NCBI GenBank assembly: GCA_934153675.1
Contig: CAKPFG010000001.1
Location: forward strand, 155,947-219,946
Length of the DNA: 64,000 nucleotides
Source: an uncultured Bacilli bacterium
GTDB taxonomy: Bacteria; Bacillota_I; Bacilli_A; RF39; UBA660
Reading direction: 5' to 3'
Shown piece by piece: positions 56,933 through 64,000 of the stretch. How positions within the stretch are numbered: the first letter of the stretch is position 1; every line of letters starts with the position of its first letter. A program made the position numbers and the translations under genes. A model generated the notes under the pieces. It did not search any database. It worked only from the letters and a program-made list of their open reading frames with translations, and was not told the DNA's origin.

Positions 56933-58052
56933 AATAATCTATCTTTCTAGGAGATGAAATTATTTCAAAAGTACTTATAAATAATTCTAAATTAACATAG
57001 TTTTTCTCTTTTGAAGTTTTTAATATTTTAACATTTTTGATATATTCATCTTTAGTAAATTTCTTAGTTATTTTATCAAAAGCAGTCTTTATAGCTTTTT
57101 TCAAAGCTTCATCATAACTATTATTTTCATAATCTAAAATAACCTCATGCTGACTTTGATAATTAATAGCTATAGGTAATAAATAATTTTTAAGTAAAGT
57201 ATTATTCTTTTTTTCGTAATTTTTATATTTATTGAAATTAAATAGTTCAATTTCTTTATTTAAAAAATTAATGGTAAATACATTCTTACTTTTATTAGTT
57301 TTTATTATATTTTTATATTTTAGTGGATATCTGCATTTAACCTTATACCATGTTTCACCATAAATATCCCCCATAGCCTCCACTGTATTAGTAATCTTAT
57401 CATTCAAATAAATATAACCACTTACAATAACGTCTCCCTTTTTGACATAATCAAATCTATTTTTTACAATTTGACCATTTTTAACGTTCATTTTATATAT
57501 AATTGCATTTTTTTTGGCAATTATACTTTGATATTTTACTTCTTTTTTTAAATGTGATTCCAATCTAGGCTCAAACCTTATAATATATTTACTACCAACA
57601 CTTTCTATTTCTATCCAATCAATTTCATTTTTATATTTATGTAAAATTCCTTCTTTTATTTTTTTTAATTTTTGATAACTTTTTTTAAAATGAAACATCC
57701 TTATATCATTTTGATATAAATAATCATTTATTTTTTTCTTCATTTTATTATCGTTAGTTATAATATCAATTCGAAATATTAAATTACTTAAAAAATAAAT
57801 TGTCATAAAACTTATTGTAATAAAAAATAAAATATATTTATAATTTACTATATCTTTTTTTATTTTAGTAAGACCTAAATAAGATATAATATTAATATCA
57901 TATATTGTTTTATTTTTTATAATCTTTTCATAATCTTTTTTATATACTTCTATTTTAACAGCATTTTTATTAATATAATTAATATTTAAAAGATCAATTC
58001 CTAATTTATTTAATCGAAAAATAAAATTATAAATATTTTTCCCTTCAACCAT
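56910..58052 (-). CDS. yqfD: Sporulation protein YqfD-like
   Basis: ~380 aa, single central TM, position downstream of yqfC-like gene and upstream of ybeY as in the B. subtilis yqfC-yqfD...ybeY-era region. Confidence 0.5.
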   Translation of the reverse strand: MVEGKNIYNFIFRLNKLGIDLLNINYINKNAVKIEVYKKDYEKIIKNKTIYDINIISYLGLTKIKKDIVNYKYILFFITISFMTIYFLSNLIFRIDIITNDNKMKKKINDYLYQNDIRMFHFKKSYQKLKKIKEGILHKYKNEIDWIEIESVGSKYIIRFEPRLESHLKKEVKYQSIIAKKNAIIYKMNVKNGQIVKNRFDYVKKGDVIVSGYIYLNDKITNTVEAMGDIYGETWYKVKCRYPLKYKNIIKTNKSKNVFTINFLNKEIELFNFNKYKNYEKKNNTLLKNYLLPIAINYQSQHEVILDYENNSYDEALKKAIKTAFDKITKKFTKDEYIKNVKILKTSKEKNYVNLELFISTFEIISSPRKIDYYEPNNTN

Positions 58053-58083
58053 TAAAACTAATTTATCATTATTTTTAATAATA

Positions 58084-58320
58084 TCACCTAAATTCTAATG
58101 AAGAAAAAGTTCCTTCTATTAATACTTCGTTTTTTTTAAGACGAGCTACTGACAAATTTTTCCCTTTTATTATCAAAATTTTATTAGAAAGATATCTAAT
58201 TATAACTTGATTATTATCAAAATGACCCATTTCTTTATAATTTACTACATTTATTTTTTTATCTAAAATAGTAATTTTAAAATCATCTTCTAATATATAT
58301 GAACGAATACCACTAAACAT
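58084..58320 (-). CDS. yqfC: Sporulation protein YqfC-like
   Basis: 78-aa protein, conserved size and position. Confidence 0.45.
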   Translation of the reverse strand: MFSGIRSYILEDDFKITILDKKINVVNYKEMGHFDNNQVIIRYLSNKILIIKGKNLSVARLKKNEVLIEGTFSSLEFR

Positions 58321-58375
58321 AGTATCACCAATACTATTTTATTTAAATCAATAAAAAAAATACTAAAAATAGTAT

Positions 58376-58741
58376 TTAATCACGTGGTTTAAATATTAAT
58401 GAGAAAAAGAAAGAAAATATAATTGCCGCTACAATACCAGAAGAAGTTAAATCAAACATTCCTATAAAAAGACCCATAGCACCATAATTATTAACTGTAT
58501 CCATTGCTCCATGAATTAATAAATGTCCAAAAGAAGTTATAGGCACAAGCGCTCCTCCTCCAGCCCATAAAACAAATTTATCATAAATATTAAATGAGTC
58601 TAAAAAAGCACCTACAACAACAAAAATAGTTGTAATATGTCCAGGCGTTAATTTGGTATTGTCAAGAATAATTTGACCTATCAAACAAACTATTCCACAA
58701 AAAATAAAAGCATTTAAATAAATCATAAAGCCTCCAAGCAA
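58376..58741 (-). CDS. spoVAEB: Stage V sporulation protein AEb
   Basis: Small polytopic membrane protein with GGGALVPITSFGH motif shared with SpoVAC/SpoVAEb; last gene of spoVAC-AD-AEb. Confidence 0.7.
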   Translation of the reverse strand: MLGGFMIYLNAFIFCGIVCLIGQIILDNTKLTPGHITTIFVVVGAFLDSFNIYDKFVLWAGGGALVPITSFGHLLIHGAMDTVNNYGAMGLFIGMFDLTSSGIVAAIIFSFFFSLIFKPRD

Positions 58742-59709
58742 ACAGCATGACTAATAGATGGAATGGACTGTTTTTCGTTTACTATTGTTTGACTCATTAA
58801 AGCACCGGTTGCTACCATTAATACTTTTTTTAATTTTCCTTTTTTCATTTTTTCTATTATATAACTATAAGCAACTAAAGCAATGCAAGAAGGCCCTGAA
58901 CCTCCTGCATAAACATCTTTATTTTTAAGATCATATATCATACAAGCACTATCTGCTAAATTATCAAATTCTATTTCATATTCAGTTTTCATAAAATCTT
59001 TCAAAATATTAAAACCGTATTTCCCTAAATCACCTGTTAAAATCAAATCATAATCCTTTACCTTAGTATTGGTGTTTTTTAAGTGAGTAAATATGGTTTT
59101 AGCAGCAGCTGGAGCCATTGCTGCCCCCATATTTAAAGGATCTTTTTGATCATAATCAACTACCGTTCCTAATGTAGCTGAAGTTATTTTTATTTTAGAT
59201 TTTTTACTAGATAAAAAAGCACTTGCAGCACCAGTTGTTGTAAACGTAGCACTTTTTTTCTTTGGGCCTCCATATTCTACGGGTTGTCTAAATTGCTTTT
59301 CACTACAACAATTGTGTGAAGATGTAGATACAACTGCATTTTTTACTTGATTTGAAGAAATTAAACAAGATGCAAGAAGTAATCCAAGCGTACTTGTTGA
59401 ACAGGCTGCATATATCCCAATCAAAGGTATTTCTAGTTTAGCTGCAGTATAATTCGTACTAACTATTTGATTTAATAAATCTCCAGCTATATGAATATCA
59501 ATATCATAATTTTTAAGTCCTATTTTACTAAGTAATACATCAACACATTCTTTATGCATTTTTATTTCTGCTAATTCAAATGTTTTCTCCTTAAAATATA
59601 AATCTTGATAACTTTTATCAAAATAATTTCCAAGAGGACCTTTTTTTTCATATGGACCAGTTATAGTTGCAGTTTCATTTACATATACATTGTCAAATTC
59701 AAAAGTCAT
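58723..59709 (-). CDS. spoVAD: Stage V sporulation protein AD
   Basis: 328 aa thiolase-like fold protein between spoVAC and spoVAEb; overlaps neighbours. Confidence 0.75.
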   Translation of the reverse strand: MTFEFDNVYVNETATITGPYEKKGPLGNYFDKSYQDLYFKEKTFELAEIKMHKECVDVLLSKIGLKNYDIDIHIAGDLLNQIVSTNYTAAKLEIPLIGIYAACSTSTLGLLLASCLISSNQVKNAVVSTSSHNCCSEKQFRQPVEYGGPKKKSATFTTTGAASAFLSSKKSKIKITSATLGTVVDYDQKDPLNMGAAMAPAAAKTIFTHLKNTNTKVKDYDLILTGDLGKYGFNILKDFMKTEYEIEFDNLADSACMIYDLKNKDVYAGGSGPSCIALVAYSYIIEKMKKGKLKKVLMVATGALMSQTIVNEKQSIPSISHAVCLEAL

Positions 59710-59710
59710 A

Positions 59711-60151
59711 TTAACCTCCTATAATAATTAATCTTAAAAAACCAAAAACATATGCACTCACAACACCAAATAATATAACAGAGCCCGCAAGACGAAACAT
59801 ATTAGCCCCAAGACCAGTCACTAATCCTTCTTTACGATATTCTAAAGCTGCACTCATCATAGCATGAGCAAATCCTGTAATTGGAACAATCAAACCACAT
59901 TTAGCAAAATTGACCCATTTATCGAAAAAACCTAATGAAGTAAATAAACATCCCAAAAAAATTAATGTTACAATCATAAAAACAGAAGCTTCTTTGGTAG
60001 GAATATTTAAATAATAAGAATACATCTCAACTAAAACTTCGCCAATAACGCCCATAATACCACCTATAGAAAAACTTATAAATCCATTCAAAAGTCTGTT
60101 TTCTTTTTCCATATGTTTTGAAACTATGCTTTGATATTTATTTTTTTCCAT
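59711..60151 (-). CDS. spoVAC: Stage V sporulation protein AC
   Basis: 146-aa membrane protein with IVPITGFAHAMMSAALEYR. Confidence 0.75.
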   Translation of the reverse strand: MEKNKYQSIVSKHMEKENRLLNGFISFSIGGIMGVIGEVLVEMYSYYLNIPTKEASVFMIVTLIFLGCLFTSLGFFDKWVNFAKCGLIVPITGFAHAMMSAALEYRKEGLVTGLGANMFRLAGSVILFGVVSAYVFGFLRLIIIGG

Positions 60152-60193
60152 AAAAAAATCCTCCTACCATTATTATGTAGAAGAATATTTCTT

Positions 60194-60574
60194 TTATTCA
60201 TCAATTTTTTTATACTTTTCACATTCTTTTTCATCATCTATATAATGATAATGATATTGATTACTATAAGACTTAATACCCACACAACCTATCATTTTCT
60301 TTTTTGTAAGTGGATTAGTTAACATTGTATCAAGATAACCACTACTTACAATATCTTTTACATATATAACCTTCTCATCATTTTCTACTTTAAAATCAGA
60401 ATTCATAATATAATTTTCAGCAGAAGACAAAATCGTATTAACCTGAGATTCATAACTACTTTCTCTTGCCTTTTTTATAGAATCATTGACTGTTGGCACT
60501 AAAATAACAGAAAGAATAGAAAGTATTACTAAGATTGCCAAAAGTTCTATTAAAGTAAATGCATTTTTTTTCAT
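60194..60574 (-). CDS. Type IV pilin / ComGC-like pseudopilin
   Basis: MKKNAFTLIELLAILVILSILSVILVP N-terminal prepilin motif; 126 aa; 42 bp upstream of spoVAC. Confidence 0.6.
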   Translation of the reverse strand: MKKNAFTLIELLAILVILSILSVILVPTVNDSIKKARESSYESQVNTILSSAENYIMNSDFKVENDEKVIYVKDIVSSGYLDTMLTNPLTKKKMIGCVGIKSYSNQYHYHYIDDEKECEKYKKIDE

Positions 60575-60685
60575 ATCATCATCTCTATCTATAACAATTT
60601 TATCAAATTTTTATATAAAAATAAAGCTTTTTAATTATAAATGTATAACTATAATATAATAACGAACAATAATAATGGTGATGAT

Positions 60686-61186
60686 ATGTATCTTATAAAT
60701 AATTTTTTTATCTTTTCCATAATGGGTCATATATTTGAATCTATTATGTTTATATTTTTAAATAGCAATAACAATAGTGGAATATTAATAGGCCCCATTA
60801 CCCCTGTTTATGGTTTTGGAATTGTTTTAATAATTCTTATCAATAAAATAATAGACAAATTTAATTTGAATATCATTGCAAAAATAATTATATCATTTTT
60901 ATTATATACAATAATACTATCATTTATTGAATTTATAGGTGGGGTTATAATAGAAAAATTATTTAATAAAGTATTTTGGGATTATACAAATCATAAATTC
61001 AACTGGGGACATTATATATCTTTAGAAATGGCATTACTATGGGGAATAATTTCATCATTATATCTTTTTGTTTTCAAAAGACTTTTTGATAAATTAATTA
61101 AAAAAATTCCAAATTATGTCACCTATTTTTTTATGATTTTATTTTTATCTGATCTAATAGCTACATTAATAATCAAATTAAAGTAA
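60686..61186 (+). CDS. Small polytopic membrane protein, unknown function
   Basis: ~4 TM; ATG at 60686 after GGTGATG RBS (ORF-track start 60641 lacks RBS). Confidence 0.35.
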   Translation: MYLINNFFIFSIMGHIFESIMFIFLNSNNNSGILIGPITPVYGFGIVLIILINKIIDKFNLNIIAKIIISFLLYTIILSFIEFIGGVIIEKLFNKVFWDYTNHKFNWGHYISLEMALLWGIISSLYLFVFKRLFDKLIKKIPNYVTYFFMILFLSDLIATLIIKLK

Positions 61187-61708
61187 CTTAGTAAAATGAC
61201 TATCCACTTCATTTAAATAATACTCATCAGCAACTTTTCCAATAATGTTTTCATTCCTTTTATCATCATCTTCTTTAATATAATCAACAACGCATTCTTT
61301 AATGGCATCAATATTATTTTCACACATAAGATTTCCTAAATGTATAACGGCTTTATTACCGTTATTTTTATTGTATAAATCAATTTCATCAAGTAAACCA
61401 TAAAGTAAAGCAACCTGTTTTTTACTTACTTGCATATTAGTTGGTAAAAACATATATATATCAGCATATAAAACCGTTATACAAATTAAATTTTTATCAA
61501 AATCACCCATTTCTAAAAACAATTTTTTTAAAAGTTCATAATGAGTGATGTCTCCAAAATCACTAATTGCTGGTAAAAAAACCAGTTGATTCTTTGTAAT
61601 TGCTACAACACATTTCTTATATTTTTCATAATTTTTTAGATAATCAATAAAACTATTATCCTTGTTTATTATTTTTATTATATCATTTTTCATATATTCT
61701 CCCATCAT
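61178..61708 (-). CDS. Hypothetical protein downstream of addA
   Basis: ORF only; likely start MKNDIIK after GGGAGAA. Confidence 0.3.
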   Translation of the reverse strand: MMGEYMKNDIIKIINKDNSFIDYLKNYEKYKKCVVAITKNQLVFLPAISDFGDITHYELLKKLFLEMGDFDKNLICITVLYADIYMFLPTNMQVSKKQVALLYGLLDEIDLYNKNNGNKAVIHLGNLMCENNIDAIKECVVDYIKEDDDKRNENIIGKVADEYYLNEVDSHFTKLL

Positions 61709-64000
61709 AATTTCTTTAACATTTTATCTAAGATTGAATAAAGATATATATTAACTTTTTTATTGGTTTTTTTCTCTATGTAATTTTTATAACCGTTTAA
61801 TTGTTTAACATATTCCCTATCAAGTACATTTTTTAATTTATAGTCAATTATATTAATATAATCATCGTATTCCATAATCAAATCAATAAATCCATGATAG
61901 CTAATATTATCTAATTCATATTTAAATTCATATTCTTTATATATATTACAATCAAAATTTATTTGATCATTTTCTAAAAAACTTTTTATATATGGTACAT
62001 ACTTACTATTTATAATGCTATAATCTGGATTTTTAAAATCTATATTTTCTAATATATAATGAATATCTAAACCTAAATTTAAATTTTCCTGTTCCTCTTT
62101 ATTAATCAAATGTATATCATCATGTGAAAAATGAGCATTTTTAATAGGTTTATATTCGATATTAATTTTTTTATCAATTATATTATCATCAAAATCATGC
62201 AAATACTCATCTAAATTAGTAGATATCACATTTTTATAATTTAAATCAACATTAACTTCAGTATCTTGAATAAACTTTTCAATAAACGGATAAATTGAAT
62301 TTAATATATCGCGAAATGATCTATATTTTAATTTATCCATTTCATTAAACTCGGATTCACTGTATTCTAAATTGGTTACTATAATCATTTTTTCACGTGC
62401 CCTAGTTAAACCTACATAAAATAACCTAATTTTTTCAGAAATTTCTTCCTTTATATAGTCATAACGAACTAGTTCTTTTACAAAAGTGTCATTTAATGTA
62501 TCTTTGAATACTGGTAAAATAAGACCATACTTATTATAATAAAAAACATTTTCTTTTAAATCACTAATATTAAATTTCTTATGAAGCCCAGTATAATAAC
62601 AAACTGGAAATTCTAACCCCTTTGATTTATGAATATTCATAATTTTAACACTATCTGACGAGACTGTATTTAATGAATATTTTATTTCTGTTTTATCTAT
62701 TTCATTCATATAATTAATAAAATCAATGGGAGTATATCCTAATTCTTCTAAATTATCAGCAATATTAAATAAATAATATATTCTAACTATTGAATCATTC
62801 ATATTACCAAAAAGAGGAATTTTCAAATAAAAGGAAAAATCATCTATTATTTTGTTTAATAATTGTTTATTAGTTAATTTATTTAATAAATAGCTTATAT
62901 TTTGACTTTTTACAAATATTTCATTCTCATAAAAAGTATTATTTTTAAATATAGTAAAAATCATCTGATCAGTATAACTAAATAAATAACTACGTGCAAT
63001 ACTAACAAAATAATATCTAAACTCCTTATCAAAACATTTATTATATATCTTAAAAATTAAATTAAGTATATTTTTGATTAAAATTATATCTATAGAACTT
63101 GATAAAACTTCATCACGGTACATAACAAGAGGAATATTTAAATATTCAAATATTTGTTTATACTTTAAAAATTCTGTATTACGATCCATTATAATACATA
63201 TATCATTATAGTTTATATCTCTTAATTTATTTGTTTCTTTATCAAGAACTTGATATTTTTTTTCTATTTTATCCTTTATATCTTTGGCAACAATGAATAT
63301 TTCAGCTTCCTCTTTAGTATAATCTCCTTCTTCATAATTAAGTATAGTAAGTTTATTGTTATCACAAAAAGCATAGTTAGTATTTCCAAACACCATTTGA
63401 TGTGAAGATTTATAATCTGCACCACCAATAGCAATATTCATAACAACATTAAATATATCATTAATAGAAGATAATACTTCCTTTCTCGATCTGAAATTTT
63501 TCAATAAATCAATTTTTATTCCACCATTTTTATTTTGATAATTTAAATATTTATTTTTAAAAATATTAGGATTTGCATTTCTAAAACGATAGATAGATTG
63601 TTTTACATCACCTACCATATATACATTATTATTGCTGATAAGAGAAATAAATTCCTCTTGCAAATCGCTAGTATCCTGATACTCATCAACCATAATTTCA
63701 TTATAATAATTTTTTAATTCTTCCCTAACCTGTTTATTTTCCCTTACAACTTTAATAGCCAATTTAGAAATATCTACAAATTCATAAGAATTATTTTTCT
63801 CTTTAAATATTTTTATTCTTTTATCTAATTTTTTTAGTATTTCAATAATAATTAAAGCATAATCTTTAGTATCATATATATCATCATAACAAATATTGAC
63901 AAAATTATTAATTTCTTTTATTAAATTAGATATATTGGTCTTATATTTTTTTATATCTGGTGTTGATTTAGATAATCTTGGTAATTTTATATTAATATTA
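61705..64000 (-). CDS. addA: ATP-dependent helicase/nuclease subunit A (AddA-like, UvrD helicase + C-terminal PD-(D/E)xK nuclease), 5' end outside window
   Basis: VDEYQDTSDLQEEF and GDVKQSIYRFRNANP helicase motifs, C-terminal GFIDLIMEYDDYINIIDYKL nuclease motif; frame open to window edge (ORF-track Met is a TTG inside the gene). Confidence 0.75.
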   Translation of the reverse strand, partial: NINIKLPRLSKSTPDIKKYKTNISNLIKEINNFVNICYDDIYDTKDYALIIIEILKKLDKRIKIFKEKNNSYEFVDISKLAIKVVRENKQVREELKNYYNEIMVDEYQDTSDLQEEFISLISNNNVYMVGDVKQSIYRFRNANPNIFKNKYLNYQNKNGGIKIDLLKNFRSRKEVLSSINDIFNVVMNIAIGGADYKSSHQMVFGNTNYAFCDNNKLTILNYEEGDYTKEEAEIFIVAKDIKDKIEKKYQVLDKETNKLRDINYNDICIIMDRNTEFLKYKQIFEYLNIPLVMYRDEVLSSSIDIILIKNILNLIFKIYNKCFDKEFRYYFVSIARSYLFSYTDQMIFTIFKNNTFYENEIFVKSQNISYLLNKLTNKQLLNKIIDDFSFYLKIPLFGNMNDSIVRIYYLFNIADNLEELGYTPIDFINYMNEIDKTEIKYSLNTVSSDSVKIMNIHKSKGLEFPVCYYTGLHKKFNISDLKENVFYYNKYGLILPVFKDTLNDTFVKELVRYDYIKEEISEKIRLFYVGLTRAREKMIIVTNLEYSESEFNEMDKLKYRSFRDILNSIYPFIEKFIQDTEVNVDLNYKNVISTNLDEYLHDFDDNIIDKKINIEYKPIKNAHFSHDDIHLINKEEQENLNLGLDIHYILENIDFKNPDYSIINSKYVPYIKSFLENDQINFDCNIYKEYEFKYELDNISYHGFIDLIMEYDDYINIIDYKLKNVLDREYVKQLNGYKNYIEKKTNKKVNIYLYSILDKMLKKL

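Noticed and set aside
1-64000. Alternative genetic code (UGA=Trp) suggested by the low GC
   Set aside because: Long conserved genes (smc, mutL, uvrC, addA, ftsZ) are intact under the standard code with no internal TGA, so code 11 applies.
1-64000. CRISPR array or rRNA/tRNA genes
   Set aside because: No regularly spaced short direct repeats and no rRNA-like GC-rich conserved blocks. The only tandem repeats are the 543-bp coding repeat and a 20-bp duplication at 16021.

Overview
This 64-kb window comes from a very AT-rich (roughly 22-25% GC), standard-code, endospore-forming Firmicute that looks Clostridia- or Erysipelotrichia-like. Ribosome-binding sites are mostly (A/G)GGTGAT, and N/K-rich low-complexity inserts are common in proteins. 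Most of the window is core genome with Bacillus/Clostridium-like synteny. The core genes include a partial dcw cluster (murG-murB-ftsQ/divIB ... ftsA-ftsZ), sigG-ylmC, smc, holA, rarA, xerD-like, mnmA, mscL, mutL, xseAB, nusB, tcdA, cysE, queH, frr, proS, glyQS, uvrC, recO, era, ybeY and a partial addA. Sporulation genes present are spoIVB (partial), spoIIM-like, spoIIP plus a yqxA-like gene, yqfC-yqfD and spoVAC-AD-AEb. Unusual or accessory content: (1) a sigma-A-like promoter, a GC-rich structured leader and an intrinsic terminator directly upstream of ylmC, a riboswitch-like arrangement. (2) Three orphan type IV pilin-like genes in odd contexts: one inside the dcw cluster with a decayed in-frame 3' extension, one with a GC-rich 3' end flanked by ~185-bp direct repeats, and one 42 bp upstream of spoVAC. 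(3) A 951-aa surface protein with three perfect 543-bp tandem repeats encoding SpaA/CnaB-like domains. (4) An operon of an AI-2E permease, a phage T4 gp1-like dNMP kinase and a 582-aa AlaRS lacking the C-Ala domain. (5) A Panacea-domain protein and a secreted M15 peptidase in front of a mutS-less mutL. (6) An atypical protein-kinase-like gene. (7) Small RBS-supported ORFs and a frameshifted Cys-rich small gene. No rRNA, tRNA or CRISPR array was recognised.
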